This document shows positions 17,480-30,005 of a DNA stretch of 64,000 nt, piece after piece. The DNA is from an uncultured Chloroflexia bacterium (GTDB lineage Bacteria > Chloroflexota > Anaerolineae > Anaerolineales > UBA11579). The position numbers and the translations under genes were made by a program. The notes beneath the pieces are model-generated. The model had not been told where the DNA came from. It saw nothing but the letters and a program-made list of their open reading frames with translations, and did not search any database. The stretch spans positions 163,469 through 227,468 of the forward strand of contig CAWCOT010000006.1 in NCBI GenBank assembly GCA_963797275.1, in the 5' to 3' direction. How positions within the stretch are numbered: the stretch's first letter is position 1; every line of letters begins with the position of its first letter.

Positions 17480-19471
17480 CTACTGGTTGCACTTAGTCTG
17501 GCGAGGAACTAATAGCTCAATGGGGGGGTTATCGAAAGTAATAATGGGTTCATACGCACACAGGATGGGGCGTCCAACGTTGCGTACCCAGGCGTTGTTT
17601 TCGGCTGCCAATGTGTCTTCGCTCTCATCGACGATATTGATATAAATAGGATCTGTAACAATCAGAGAGAAGCGCTGCTCATCGATATCTTTATCAAAGT
17701 GGGACAAATAAGCATCGTTATGTGAAATAGCCATTTCCATCAAGAATAGTTTTTCGTATTCGGGCACCAGGGGCACATTTTGGATCAGGTCAAATGTAAG
17801 CAAATGGCGCTGAGAAATAAAGAGTACATCGCGGCCCTTTTCCAGTGCTCGATCCGCCTCAGCCTGGATTCGAGCCAAGTCGCTGGCTGCTTCCTGACGG
17901 CTGGGAAATTGCAGTGGTTCTCCGCTAAAAACCGCAAATCCAACCGGAATTACTAACAAAGCTATCAGCAACCAAAAGGGGAGCTTATTTATGGCAGTCG
18001 CTCTGCCGGTTGCCGGGATATAACCACCAAATGCAACTGAAAGTGAAAAGACCAGCAGCAAGATCAGGTAAGCATCCATATTATGCAAGTTGGTGCCGCC
18101 GCCGATCTTTACACTGACCACCAAGCCGCCTGCAAAAAAGATCAGCAGCGCAGTGAGGATATATATGGCACGCCAAGTTCCGATGCGTGCCCCTTTGCGG
18201 CGCAAGCCGATCCAAAGAACCGCAAACAGGGGGGCCGAGACCAATAAGACGCCAGGCAATATTCCCAAAGGGAATGCGGCGTTGGGCCACAATCGCGCCC
18301 AAAGCAACGCCGATGTAAACGAGGAACTGAATTGGTCAACCGGGTTACCCGAATTGACAATGTAGAGCGCGTAGGTACCAATTGCTATCAGGCTGCCTCC
18401 CACAGCAAAAAGAGCGGGCTGCCAGAGGTAGCTGAGCATTAGGGGGGATTTGCTTCCAGGCGGCCGTGCCTCCAACAAATAGAGCACAGCGGCCAACGTC
18501 CCGGGCAGCGGCGCCCAGTTAACACGGCTGATTCCTGCCCAGACGGATGCAATGGCCACGAAAAGGAAAGAGCGCCAGGGGTGATCTTTATCAAAACCAA
18601 ACAGGATCAAGAAGACACAGGGCAACAGATGGTAATAGACCGGGGCCAGCAGTAGGAACAAAAAGATCCACAGCCCTGAAAGTCTGCGCAGCCAAACAGG
18701 CTGTACTTGCAAGCGGCGAACTAACGCCCAGGCAGTAATCAAGGGCATCCCCACCCAAAGCAAAGCCTGCCACAGCCGGTGCAGCCAAAGGGTTGATCCG
18801 GGTATCAAAAAGGGAATGGATTGAAGTAAATAACGACTGGGATGAGTTACCGGAAGAGGCAGAGGAACTCCATAAACCTGCTGGCTGAAGAAAAAGGAGG
18901 CCTGGTAGTAGCGGCTAATCTCCGACCATTCTAGAGAGAAGGGGAAGTCAGTGACCAGATAAAAGAACGTTGCTGCAACGTAGACAGAGGCAAATATGAC
19001 GAGAGAAGCTGGCAGGCTGGTTAACCAGTCGCTTTTACGCCAGGCAGCCAGCAACAAGGTCCCAATAGCCACCAGGCTCCAGAATAAAAATAAGCGCGGA
19101 AATATAGCGGTAAGGAAACGGCCATAGAAACCCAGCACAATAAACGGGAATGCGGCGAGAAGAACTGCAAACCCTAAGAGCGAGATGACGCCCAAGCGGC
19201 GATTGCTGGCCTGTAAACGCTCGAGGAAGGATATTAGCAGCCGCACCCAAGGCGTCCAAGAGACAAGCGTCGCTATCGCTAACACGATGACCAGAGCATA
19301 AACGGCGTATAAGCCGACGCGGAAATTGGCTGAAGTCACAATAAGCTCTTCGGCCACAAGTTGCGCCTTGAATTGCCAGGCGGCTGCGAAGCCTAAGAGG
19401 GTGCTTAACAGCAGACCAATGCGCAGTGAGGCTTGTGGGCTAGGCTTTTGAAATTGAATCGTGGAACTCAT
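17480..19471 (-). CDS. large polytopic membrane protein (663 aa) with a C-terminal soluble domain, possible GT-C-type transferase or polymerase
   Basis: More than 12 hydrophobic segments followed by a roughly 150-aa hydrophilic tail. Sits inside the glycan locus. No motif I can name with confidence. Confidence 0.5.
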   Translation of the reverse strand: MSSTIQFQKPSPQASLRIGLLLSTLLGFAAAWQFKAQLVAEELIVTSANFRVGLYAVYALVIVLAIATLVSWTPWVRLLISFLERLQASNRRLGVISLLGFAVLLAAFPFIVLGFYGRFLTAIFPRLFLFWSLVAIGTLLLAAWRKSDWLTSLPASLVIFASVYVAATFFYLVTDFPFSLEWSEISRYYQASFFFSQQVYGVPLPLPVTHPSRYLLQSIPFLIPGSTLWLHRLWQALLWVGMPLITAWALVRRLQVQPVWLRRLSGLWIFLFLLLAPVYYHLLPCVFLILFGFDKDHPWRSFLFVAIASVWAGISRVNWAPLPGTLAAVLYLLEARPPGSKSPLMLSYLWQPALFAVGGSLIAIGTYALYIVNSGNPVDQFSSSFTSALLWARLWPNAAFPLGILPGVLLVSAPLFAVLWIGLRRKGARIGTWRAIYILTALLIFFAGGLVVSVKIGGGTNLHNMDAYLILLLVFSLSVAFGGYIPATGRATAINKLPFWLLIALLVIPVGFAVFSGEPLQFPSRQEAASDLARIQAEADRALEKGRDVLFISQRHLLTFDLIQNVPLVPEYEKLFLMEMAISHNDAYLSHFDKDIDEQRFSLIVTDPIYINIVDESEDTLAAENNAWVRNVGRPILCAYEPIITFDNPPIELLVPRQTKCNQ

Positions 19472-19482
19472 GGGAAAACGGA

Positions 19483-20442
19483 TCAGCCATCCGCTTTATT
19501 TATTAGAGGTTGGGCTTTAGCCATTCCAGGCAACACGTCGGAAATGAACAGGGCCCCAGGAAGACTGGCCAATATAAATAGAGTGCGGATCAATAACGCC
19601 AGGACCAAGCTATCGGCCGGGGCTACACCACCCAGTACTGAAAACGCATAACTGATAGAGAATTCCTGAACGCCCCAACCGCTGATGCTAATGGGAATCA
19701 GGGTTACTACATACACCAGACTCTGCAGGCCAGCCACACTCCAAAAAGGGAGCGCATCGTGCATACCATCTAGGAAAATATAGATCGTTGAAAAGAGACA
19801 AGCCATATGCACAAAGGTGAATAAAAGTGCCATAAACAGGGCACGCGGTTGGCTGGCCCACAACTTTACTGCCTTCAATAGGCTGGCCCAGAATTTGCGC
19901 AACCATCCGGCAACGCGGTTTCGCCAACCCGACTGGGTGGTCAACAAGGCTGCCGGTAAGGCTGCACCCGTATGCAAATTTGCAGCCGTAAAATATTGCA
20001 ATCCGATCGGTAGGGTAAAAGCGAATCCAAGCAAACCGATCAAGCGGTCCGCAATCAATGAGGCAGCCGAAATACCGGCATCAAACCCCACCTGGATGGA
20101 CCCGGCGAGGCGGGCCACGTCGCCCCCCACAGTGCTGGGTAGGAAATTATTGGCGAACAAGCCCGCAAAAGTAATCCGCAAGCTTTGCATCCAGGTAGCT
20201 TGGATGCCACCCGAGCGCAATAAAATATGCCAGCGACGCGCCACAGCCACGCGCGAAACCAGGGTAAGCAAGATTGCCACAGCAAAGCGCCAAGGCTCTA
20301 TGCGAGAAACTGCATCAGAAATTTCCCCCCACCCCTGCTCGCTGATCAGAAACACCACTAAGCCCAGGGCCAGCAGGGTCCCCAGGACGCGCACCCAGCC
20401 GCCTGGAGAGAGCCGGCCAGAATGCTTAGCGGCCTTTGCCAT
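19483..20442 (-). CDS. flippase-like (lysylphosphatidylglycerol synthase TM region, UPF0104) membrane protein
   Basis: WVRVLGTLLALGLVVFLISEQGW...RVAVARRWHILL and GGDVARL match the pattern typical of this family. Confidence 0.65.
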   Translation of the reverse strand: MAKAAKHSGRLSPGGWVRVLGTLLALGLVVFLISEQGWGEISDAVSRIEPWRFAVAILLTLVSRVAVARRWHILLRSGGIQATWMQSLRITFAGLFANNFLPSTVGGDVARLAGSIQVGFDAGISAASLIADRLIGLLGFAFTLPIGLQYFTAANLHTGAALPAALLTTQSGWRNRVAGWLRKFWASLLKAVKLWASQPRALFMALLFTFVHMACLFSTIYIFLDGMHDALPFWSVAGLQSLVYVVTLIPISISGWGVQEFSISYAFSVLGGVAPADSLVLALLIRTLFILASLPGALFISDVLPGMAKAQPLINKADG

Positions 20443-21454
20443 TCCCTCTCTGGATGACGTAACGGACCTTATAAATAGGTTTAGACTGCGATTCGTGGTA
20501 AGTGCGCACCGACATCTCCGCCAGTAAGCCCATCAATACTGACTGGATACCTATTACACATAACAAGGCACTTAGCAGGAAAATCGGGGAATCGGCGGTG
20601 CTCACACCATAAAGATAACGTCGGACAAAAAGGAATATCAAGCCCAAAACACCTAAGCCGGCAAATCCAATCCCGACGCCACCAAACAAATAGATAGGTT
20701 TATTCACATAGCCGCTCAAAAACTTGACTGTAAATAAATCCAGGATGACCTTGACCGTGCGTTCCAGCCCATATTTACTTTTGCCATGCAAGCGAGGGTG
20801 GTGGTGAACTGGAACTTCAGTGATTCGTGCGCCAACATAGCCAGCGTATGCTGGAATAAAACGGTGCATCTCACCGTACAGCCGGAAACCCGTGATAACC
20901 TCTCGGCGATAGGCTTTTAGTGTGCATCCATAATCATGCAACTCAACCCCGGTGACCCAGGAGATTAGCCAGTTAGCTATACGTGACGGAAGGGTGCGTG
21001 TGAGAAAATTATCCTTCCGATATTTTCGCCAACCACTAACAAGGTCATAGCCCTTGTTGATTTCGGCCAGTAAGGCGGGGATATCGGAAGGGTCATTCTG
21101 CAGATCGCCATCCATTAAGACTATAACTTCGCCCGAGGAGTAATCAAGACCCGCCGAAATGGCGGCTGTTTGCCCAAAGTTACGACGCAAAGCCACTACT
21201 CGCGTGTGGGAGGGATCGTTTCCAGCGGCAACCTCCATGGCTTGTAAGCTTCCATCGGAACTGCCGTCATCTACGAAGACCACCTCCCATTTTTGACCAG
21301 ACTTCTGCATGGCTTTACTGACGCGGCGATGCAATTCGGGGACGCTCTGGACCTCGTTAAATACGGGGATAACCACGGACACCGAGAGGCGCTGCGGGCG
21401 AGTAAGGGCCGGTTTCGATTTAGTTCGTGTAGGGGGCATATCTAATTTGAGCAA
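20426..21454 (-). CDS. GT2 polyprenyl-phosphate glycosyltransferase (GtrB/ArnC/DPM1-like, two C-terminal TM helices)
   Basis: SVVIPVFNE, VFVDDGSSDGS and LMDGDLQNDP, plus C-terminal membrane helices. Overlaps the downstream flippase-like gene. Confidence 0.85.
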   Translation of the reverse strand: MLKLDMPPTRTKSKPALTRPQRLSVSVVIPVFNEVQSVPELHRRVSKAMQKSGQKWEVVFVDDGSSDGSLQAMEVAAGNDPSHTRVVALRRNFGQTAAISAGLDYSSGEVIVLMDGDLQNDPSDIPALLAEINKGYDLVSGWRKYRKDNFLTRTLPSRIANWLISWVTGVELHDYGCTLKAYRREVITGFRLYGEMHRFIPAYAGYVGARITEVPVHHHPRLHGKSKYGLERTVKVILDLFTVKFLSGYVNKPIYLFGGVGIGFAGLGVLGLIFLFVRRYLYGVSTADSPIFLLSALLCVIGIQSVLMGLLAEMSVRTYHESQSKPIYKVRYVIQRGNGKGR

Positions 21455-23506
21455 GCCCGCAAGTCTAGCATGCGGCGAAAATTAACGTGAGAATTATCCC
21501 AAACTTCGGCGAAGGTTACAACGCACGAAGCATCCAAACCCGCTGCGGCTTGGATCTCGGGTGAATAATCCTGCCAGGACCGGCTATCTATGTAGGCAAA
21601 TTCATAACCATATTTGTCCAATAATTGCAAAGAAGGTTTACTCATTATCTCCTGCCACGCATCGCGATCAGAAGGCTCTCCTATCATTTGTCCGCTCAAT
21701 TGACCAGACAATATCGTTGTGTTTCCTAATGGCCCAAATATTTTCAAGTCGCTCGGGAGGTTTCCCCACAACTGAGTTGAAATCGCAGCATCTAGTTTGT
21801 CAAAGCCGTCTCCTAAGAGCGTGGTGCTTGCAGCCGACATTTGTGTGCCGGCAATGATTAGCCCGCCAAAGGCCATTAAGGCCAACGCGGCAACCCCTGC
21901 CTGGCGTAGCCAAGTTCGCCAAGGGAATGAGCGGTCAGCCACAACAAACAGGAGCAAAATCGTCCAAGTGAGCAGCGCCTGCCAACTGAGGCGTGAAATA
22001 TCGCGATCCAATTCGTATTGAAAGAAAATGGGCACCAATAAACCAATCCAACCGAGGCAAGCCAATAAACCCAGCATCCAATCCCCAGCCTGAGCGCGCC
22101 GCCAGGCCCAGCGTGTTATCCAGGGAATGAACAAGATCACTGGGCCCAGTTCAAAAAGTCCAACGATGAGCTGCATCGGCGATAGGATGCTGAGGGGGCC
22201 AAGATGCGCCGACAAGATCGCAGGGGGCCAACGCAGCGAAAAACCTAAAATATCCAAACCGGGTGTGGAGGCAGGGGAAGCAACATTTATCAGCCCGCCG
22301 ACTATCACCCCAAAGCTATGCATAAACGCGGATTGACCCGAATTGGAAAGCAAGCCGCGGGCCATCTCGGTCAAAGTTCCCCCTTGGACAACGGAGAACA
22401 GCAGCGAAATGCCTGCCGCCGCCATGACCGGTTTGAAATCAGGTAAAGCCAGCGACCGCTTGCTCCAAAAAGTAATCCCGGCAAACATTATCATTCCCAG
22501 CAGGAAGAGCCCATAGGTGGCTTCCCAAGCTAGGGCCCAGGTAGCAAACACCGTTGCAAGTATGTAGGAAAGACCAACGTCCCTTCAACTTAGGGATAAG
22601 CAACCAAACCAGCAACAAAATTAGCACGGCCAATATATTGGGTCCCTGATGTGCCATCACCATGGGGTCCATGATGCCGTTAAGGAAACCAAACAAATAG
22701 GGCATGGGTGGTCCACCATCTACCGGCCAGGGCAAAAGCAAGGCCTGGGAAAAAGGCTTCCCGATAATGGCACTGGTCCCTTGTAGCTGCACCACCTTAT
22801 CGGCCTGCAGAAGGAAACCAGGCGGCAAAAGCATTAAAAGGTACCGCGTGCCGCTAGCCAGGGCTACCACCGCCGCCGCCGCCCAAGCGCCCCAGGCTCG
22901 GCCGACGTAACGAAGTCCCAGGAGCGCCGCTAACAGCAGCATCACCGCCCACAGGAAGGCCTTGGAAACGTCGAATGCGCTCCATGGGAGCAGATCGCCC
23001 AGACGCATCAGGCTGGCGCCTATAAAATGAAAGCCGTAATGATATGCAAAAAGGAAGGGAGAGTTTGCAGCAAAATGGGGAGGGATGTCCCCGTTTCCGA
23101 TGATTGAAATAAGAGACAGATTCTTCTGTTCGTCAAATAAGGTTAAGCCTTTGCTCCAAACAAAGAATAAGTAGAACAGTCCGAACCCCGCAACGAGCCA
23201 GGGCCACACATTCAGGTCTTCCTTATTGAGCCAAATACTTTTACGGCTCCACGCTAACGCCAAACCAATAGCTAAAAGGGCAACTGCGGGCAAAACGAAT
23301 GTTACATCCGGAGAAAGCCAGTGCCCGAACAGGTTGGCCAGCCAAATATAGAGCACCACACCCAAGGCCAAGCCTGCTATCAGCCGTTCACGGGCTTGAA
23401 GCTTGAAGGCGTGTGTAGCCAGCAACCAGCCCGCCAGCCAGGTCACCAACATGGTGGTTAGCCAGGGGAGTAGGCTTAAGGAACTGCCGTCACGGAACCA
23501 GTACAT
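21442..23506 (-). CDS. large polytopic membrane protein (about 688 aa if joined), apparent frameshift near 22565-22585
   Basis: ORFs 22439..23506 and 21442..22551 overlap. The upstream ORF tail (SFLHTCNGVCYLGPS...) loses hydrophobic character. The other frame continues SYILATVFATWALAWEATYGLFLLG as membrane sequence. Confidence 0.6.
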
Positions 23507-23562
23507 AGCTCAAATTGGGAAATCAACGAAATTGTAACGCCTAAGGCTTTCCAGATAGAAAC

Positions 23563-24531
<969 letters not shown>

Positions 24532-24579
24532 TCAATCTCTCACTTTTACAAAAATGCGAAGCGCGGATTATATCTTAGC

Positions 24580-25698
24580 CTATCGTTGCAAGCCGTGCAG
24601 GATGCGCTCTGCGCGTTTCTGCCACGTATAATGGCGAGCGGTGGTTTGTGCCGCAACGGACAATGTCTTTCTTTGCCGCGGCGATTTTTGCAGTTTATTT
24701 AAGGCTTCGGTCCAGGCTTCCTTATCGCCACTGGGCAACATGATGGCGTTTTTTGAATTAAGTACCTCTCGGAGAATGGGTAGATCACTCGCCACAATAG
24801 GCCTACGCGCAGCCAGATATTCAAACATCTTCAAAGGATTGGTGTACGGCGCAATGTCTCCACCGCCTGAACCCGCCACCTGCTGCCGATAAGGAAGCAG
24901 CAGCACATCGCATGCGGCTTGGTAAAGGGGTAATTCTGCATTAGGCACAAAGCCGGTGAAATGGGCATTGGGAAGCTCCCTGGCTTGCCGTTGCCTGGAG
25001 GCCACGTCCACTGGCCGACCGCCAACAAACAGGAATTGCATTTGCGGCAACTGCCGCGCCAATTCCAGCATAAATCCGATGCCGCGCCCTTGGTAAAGAT
25101 GCCCACTGTAGCCGACGGTGAAACCCTCGGGCTGGCCTATTCTCTTGCGGGCCTGCTTTGGAGTCAGCAGCTTCTCATAGCGCCGCAAATCTACACCATT
25201 GGGAGCCACCAGCAGCAGCTTCTCGGACCCGCCGTAATGTCTTCTAACCTGATCTTCCAGAAATTTCGTGTTGACCACGATGCGGCGTGCACCAGGCCCT
25301 CGCATAAAGCCGCGTAGCAACCGCGGACCCATGCCTCCGCTGGGCATATCGTGTAATTCAAAGATGGTAGGCATTCCGCTCCTGGCGGCCAGGGTCGCGC
25401 CCTGTGGTAAGCGCGTATAGATCAAGTCCGCTCCCCAAGCCTGCGCTTCACGCAAAGCGCGCCAGGCGTAGTCATAGCGCCGCAACGCCGACCAGGCGGG
25501 CAGCCAGGTGATATCCAACTTCGCCATAAGGCCATACTGCTGTGCCAAGGATTGCCAGTCGACGCATGGATCAGCGCCTGGAGCAAACACTCGCAAGCCG
25601 TGGTCAGTCTGGGCTATAGCCTGGGCCATTTTCATCACTTGAATGCTGTTGGCGGTGCGGGCGGGGATGGGCGTGGGGGAGATCAGGGCGATGTTCAT
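24580..25698 (-). CDS. glycosyltransferase family 4
   Basis: GT-B fold pattern. The C-terminal NPLKMFEYLAARRPIVASD is E-x7-E-like. Confidence 0.75.
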   Translation of the reverse strand: MNIALISPTPIPARTANSIQVMKMAQAIAQTDHGLRVFAPGADPCVDWQSLAQQYGLMAKLDITWLPAWSALRRYDYAWRALREAQAWGADLIYTRLPQGATLAARSGMPTIFELHDMPSGGMGPRLLRGFMRGPGARRIVVNTKFLEDQVRRHYGGSEKLLLVAPNGVDLRRYEKLLTPKQARKRIGQPEGFTVGYSGHLYQGRGIGFMLELARQLPQMQFLFVGGRPVDVASRQRQARELPNAHFTGFVPNAELPLYQAACDVLLLPYRQQVAGSGGGDIAPYTNPLKMFEYLAARRPIVASDLPILREVLNSKNAIMLPSGDKEAWTEALNKLQKSPRQRKTLSVAAQTTARHYTWQKRAERILHGLQR

Positions 25699-27056
25699 GC
25701 TTCGGCAGGAGGTTTATGAGCGCGCAAGTCACCCACTATACGCATTACAGATAGGCTGACGGTGAAGATGTAATATCCGGAGAGTAAGGCAGCAAATGCA
25801 ACCGCTCCGGCAGAGGCAAACAAAAGGATACCGGCTACCTTCAGCAGCATACCTGCCAGGTTCACGATGGCGGGGTAAACGGGGCGATTAAAGGCCAATA
25901 GCGCGGCCCGGCTCCAATAGAAAACATTGGCAAATGTGTATCCCCCAATTAACACGACCAGAGGCAAATAAGCTGGCAAGAAGTCGGGGTTACCTGTATA
26001 CAGCAGAATCACATTTTGGCCAAATATCACCAGCAAAATGGCCACTGGCAAAGAGTACAAAGCCGCCAGGGCTGAGCCGCGACCAAGCACTTTGCGCACT
26101 GCCGCCCAGTTATCTTGCGCCACTGCCCGCGATAGCTCGGGGTATGTGGTGGATGGCAGCGGACTTACCGGGATCTGCAGAAACCCTATCATAGTACGCG
26201 CTAGGCTGTAAAAACCGCCAGCCGTGTTACCCAGAAATGCATTCACCCACAGGTCTTCGCTGTCCTTGGCTACCAAGCTCACCGTGGCGCTCAGGTTGGT
26301 GCTAAATGCAAAGGTGAGCAGACTGCGCTGGTCGGAATGTAGCACCGCGATGGGTGTGCGCCACCAGCCGCGCCCCCATTCTTTGTTTGCGGTACGAAAA
26401 GCCAGGGTCATCACCGCTGCAGAGCGCAGCAGGCGGCCCGCCAGCTCAGCCAGCACGATTTCGAACAACCCACCGCCCGTAACGAAGACCCATACTGTGA
26501 GCCCTAAGCGCAGTACGCTCTGGGCGATGTCAATCACGGACTTGGCATCGAAGCGATCGAACACTTGCAACATGCCATCCGAACTGTCAAATATCAGGTT
26601 GATAAGTACCAGGCTGCCGTACAGGATGAATACCCACTCGACACCGGAGGTATCCGAGAACAGGCGTACTCCCAGAGGCGCCAGTAGAGCGATGAGAACA
26701 AAGGCTACTATCGAGCCGCCAGCTTCCAATAAGGCAGCCAGTTTGTAGACCGCCGCTGCCATTTTGTATTGTTTGCGTTCCTGGTAAAGGCGCACGTACT
26801 TCACCACTAATTCATCGATGCGAAAAGAGGTGAAACGATTAATCACATTGGAAAAGGTGGCAATGGCAGCCAGCAAGCCTAAGCCGGACACATTCAGGAC
26901 GCGGGCCTGCAAGGCGTTTTGCACCATGCCCATCCCTGCCGCCAACACCGTGGCGCTAACCAGATAGCTGGAATTCTTGACAATGCGACGCAGGAACTCA
27001 GAATCGAACGCCCGCAGGTAAAGCTGCTCAAGGCGGTCCAAGGGGAGTTTCAACAT
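25695..27056 (-). CDS. oligosaccharide flippase (Wzx/MOP superfamily)
   Basis: 453 aa, about 12-14 TM segments, in glycan-locus context. 4-nt overlap with the downstream GT4 gene. Confidence 0.65.
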   Translation of the reverse strand: MLKLPLDRLEQLYLRAFDSEFLRRIVKNSSYLVSATVLAAGMGMVQNALQARVLNVSGLGLLAAIATFSNVINRFTSFRIDELVVKYVRLYQERKQYKMAAAVYKLAALLEAGGSIVAFVLIALLAPLGVRLFSDTSGVEWVFILYGSLVLINLIFDSSDGMLQVFDRFDAKSVIDIAQSVLRLGLTVWVFVTGGGLFEIVLAELAGRLLRSAAVMTLAFRTANKEWGRGWWRTPIAVLHSDQRSLLTFAFSTNLSATVSLVAKDSEDLWVNAFLGNTAGGFYSLARTMIGFLQIPVSPLPSTTYPELSRAVAQDNWAAVRKVLGRGSALAALYSLPVAILLVIFGQNVILLYTGNPDFLPAYLPLVVLIGGYTFANVFYWSRAALLAFNRPVYPAIVNLAGMLLKVAGILLFASAGAVAFAALLSGYYIFTVSLSVMRIVGDLRAHKPPAEA

Positions 27057-27077
27057 GAGGTCTAGGCTGTGAAAAGC

Positions 27078-28049
27078 TTAGTCGGTCTTAATGTCCTTGG
27101 CCCAGGCACGCTCGGCGATATACCATTCCGCCAAACGCCGTACGCCCTCCTGGAGCCCCACCTGAGGTTCCCAACCCAGCAAGCGACCGGCCTTGCTCAC
27201 ATCGGCCCAGCTGGCCAGCATATCCGCCGAATCGCGCGGCTTGCGTTCGATAATTGCTTTTCTCCCTAATACCTTCTCGAAGAGAGTGATCAAGTCGTTG
27301 ATGGAAATGGACTCATGGCCGCCCAGATTGACTATCTCATAGCCTACGGGCTTGAGCGCCAAGATGGTGCCGCCGGCAATATCATCTATATAAGTAAAGC
27401 CGCGCGTCTGCTCACCATCGCCAAAGAGCTGGATTGGCTGTTCCTCAGCGATGGCTTTGACAAAGCGGAACATAGACATGTTCGGGCGGCCAATAGGGCC
27501 ATACACGGTGAAGTACACCACCACGGTCACGTCCAAGCCATGCAGGAAATGGTAGGCGTGCGCCATAGCTTCGGCGCCCTTCTTGCTGGCTGCGTAAGGT
27601 TGCAGGGGGTGGTCGCTGTCGGCGGTCTCAGGGGTAGGCAGCGGGGCATCGGCCCCGTAGATGCTGGAAGTCGAAGCCAACACAAACTTGGGGATGCCGC
27701 GCTGGCGACACAACTCCAACATATTGAGCGTGCCAGTCATATTGGAATCAACGTATGCCCAGGGATCCAACACGCTATCGCGCACGCCTGCCCGAGCCGC
27801 CAGGTTTATGACTGCATCCAGGGAACCAGTATCCAGGTTTTCCATAGCCCGGCGGTCGGAGATATCGCTTTTGAAGAATGAAAAACCCTCGCGCGACTGC
27901 AGAGTCTTCAATCTATGTTCTTTCATGCGCACGTCGTAGGAATCGTTCATATTGTCGATGCCTACCACGCCGTGGCCTGAATCCAATAGTAATTCGGTTA
28001 CCCGCGCCCCAATAAATCCTGCCGCCCCAGTAACCAGATATCGCGCCAC
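27078..28049 (-). CDS. NAD-dependent nucleotide-sugar epimerase/dehydratase (UDP-glucuronate 4-epimerase-like)
   Basis: VTGAAGFIGARV Rossmann motif and YAASKKGAE (YxxxK). Confidence 0.8.
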   Translation of the reverse strand: MARYLVTGAAGFIGARVTELLLDSGHGVVGIDNMNDSYDVRMKEHRLKTLQSREGFSFFKSDISDRRAMENLDTGSLDAVINLAARAGVRDSVLDPWAYVDSNMTGTLNMLELCRQRGIPKFVLASTSSIYGADAPLPTPETADSDHPLQPYAASKKGAEAMAHAYHFLHGLDVTVVVYFTVYGPIGRPNMSMFRFVKAIAEEQPIQLFGDGEQTRGFTYIDDIAGGTILALKPVGYEIVNLGGHESISINDLITLFEKVLGRKAIIERKPRDSADMLASWADVSKAGRLLGWEPQVGLQEGVRRLAEWYIAERAWAKDIKTD

Positions 28050-29368
28050 TACAACCGCACCACGTTGGCATATTTCTTCCCCTCTTGACCCAGGGCGTTG
28101 CGCGTGTCAATGATCAATTTGGAATTCTTGAGCAACTCGGAGTAATCGTATGCCTTGTGGTTGGTCACAATCAGCACTACGTCCGCAGCCTTGGCTGCTT
28201 TCAAATAATCCTTAACCGAGTCCATCGACCAGTCGTCATGATCTAAGTGCGGAATGTACGGGTCGTGGTAACTAACGTCGGCCTTCTTTTCGCGCAGCAG
28301 CGCGATCACATCCAAAGCCGGGGATTCGCGCAGATCGTCGATATCCGGTTTGTAAGCCGCACCCAGCACCAGCACCTTGCTGCCATTCAGCGCCTTTCCC
28401 TGATCGTTCATGGCCTCCAACGTGCGGCTCACAACGTAGCGAGGCATGTTGGTATTGATCTCCGAAGCCAGCTCGATGAAACGCGCGGTGTAGTTCAGCG
28501 ACTTCATTTTCCAGGATAGATACAGGGGGTCGATAGGGATACAGTGCCCACCTAATCCGGGGCCAGGCGTGAATTTCATGAAGCCGAATGGTTTGGTGGC
28601 GGCCGCATCGATCACTTCCCACACATCCACGCCCAAACGGTTGCACATCAAAGCCAGTTCGTTGACCAGCCCAATGTTCACCATGCGAAATGTGTTTTCC
28701 AGAAGCTTGGTCATCTCGGCCACTTCAGCAGAACTTACCGTAACCACGGTTTCCAGCGCTTGCGAGTACCATGTCGCGGCCACCTCACTGCAAGCCGGGG
28801 TTACGCCACCCACTACCTTGGGCATATTGCTGGTGGTCCAATCAGTGCGACCGGGGTCCACGCGTTCCGGGGAAAATGCCAGAAAGAAATCTTCACCCAC
28901 CTTCAAACCACTCTTGGCGGTGAGCATATCCAGCACCAGTTCGCGCGTGGTGCCCGGATACGTGGTGGATTCAAGTACTACCACCATGCCTTTGTGCATC
29001 TGCTCCGCCAGCTTTTCTGTGGCGGAAACAATAAATGAGAGATCGGGGTCACCCGTCTTGCGCAACGGCGTGGGCACGCAGATGCTCACCGCGTCCACGG
29101 TAGCCAGTTCAGCAAAATCGGCCGTGCCACGCAATTTCTTGGCCTTAACCAACTTAGTTAATTGTTCGCTGCTCACGTCACCGATGTAGGATTTGCCCGT
29201 ATTGATGGCTTCGACTTTTCGCGGATCAGGATCCACGCCCAGCACCTCAAAGCCAGCTTCAGCAAATACTACTGAAAGTGGCAGACCTACATAACCCTGG
29301 CCCAAGATGGCGACTTTGGCGCTGCGTTCTTGCAGTTTCTTTTCCAGCGCCACACGAATTTCATTCAT
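28049..29368 (-). CDS. nucleotide-sugar 6-dehydrogenase (UDP-glucose/GDP-mannose dehydrogenase family)
   Basis: VAILGQGYVGLPL, the catalytic-Cys region GLGGHCIPIDP, and the C-terminal UDP-binding domain. Confidence 0.85.
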   Translation of the reverse strand: MNEIRVALEKKLQERSAKVAILGQGYVGLPLSVVFAEAGFEVLGVDPDPRKVEAINTGKSYIGDVSSEQLTKLVKAKKLRGTADFAELATVDAVSICVPTPLRKTGDPDLSFIVSATEKLAEQMHKGMVVVLESTTYPGTTRELVLDMLTAKSGLKVGEDFFLAFSPERVDPGRTDWTTSNMPKVVGGVTPACSEVAATWYSQALETVVTVSSAEVAEMTKLLENTFRMVNIGLVNELALMCNRLGVDVWEVIDAAATKPFGFMKFTPGPGLGGHCIPIDPLYLSWKMKSLNYTARFIELASEINTNMPRYVVSRTLEAMNDQGKALNGSKVLVLGAAYKPDIDDLRESPALDVIALLREKKADVSYHDPYIPHLDHDDWSMDSVKDYLKAAKAADVVLIVTNHKAYDYSELLKNSKLIIDTRNALGQEGKKYANVVRL

Positions 29369-29374
29369 AGCACC

Positions 29375-30005
29375 TCAAAATAAAGAAAGTTGCTCCGGGT
29401 TCTCGGTTTCAGGAGCAGGTGGATCGATTTGCATCTCGGGAATATTATCCGCCTTTTTCATCCATTCGGGTAGATTACGGAAATCCGCCTCGACACTGGG
29501 GCGCAGGGAAGGCTGGTGCAATGCGGCCGCCGGATGGTACATAGGTACGATCATGCGGCCATGCATACGCACCGCTTGGCCGTGGATTTCACCAATTTTG
29601 GCATTAGGCAGGAAACGAGCCATAGAATAACGCCCCAGGGTAACGATGACTTTCGGGTTGATGGCCTGGACTTGCCGTTCAAGATAGTCGCTGCAGGCCT
29701 GCAACTCTTCTGCTTGCGGGTCGCGGTTTCCCGGCGGGCGGCATTTTACCACGTTGGTTATATAGACCTGCTCGCGTTTCAAGCCGATCGATTCTAGGAG
29801 TTGCTCAAGGAAGTGGCCCGCGGCTCCCACAAAGGGGCGTCCCTGGTCGTTCTCATGGAACCCTGGCCCTTCGCCGATGAACATGATCTCCGCATCCGCT
29901 GGGCCTTCGCCGGGCACCGTTAGCTTGCCGCGAGAAATGCAGTTCACATTTCTCACAAACCGAGACTTGCTTGGCAACCTCCAACAGGGCCTCAGTTGGG
30001 TTCAT
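29375..30005 (-). CDS. uracil-DNA glycosylase family 4, apparent 1-nt frameshift near 29928-29931
   Basis: The ORF has GEGPGFHENDQGRPFVGAAGHFL. My translation from the ATG at 30005 gives MNPTEALLEVAKQVSVCEKCELHFSR, the expected Fe-S Cys-containing N-terminus. It joins KLTVPGEGP only after removing one base. ATGA overlap with the rimI stop. Confidence 0.8.
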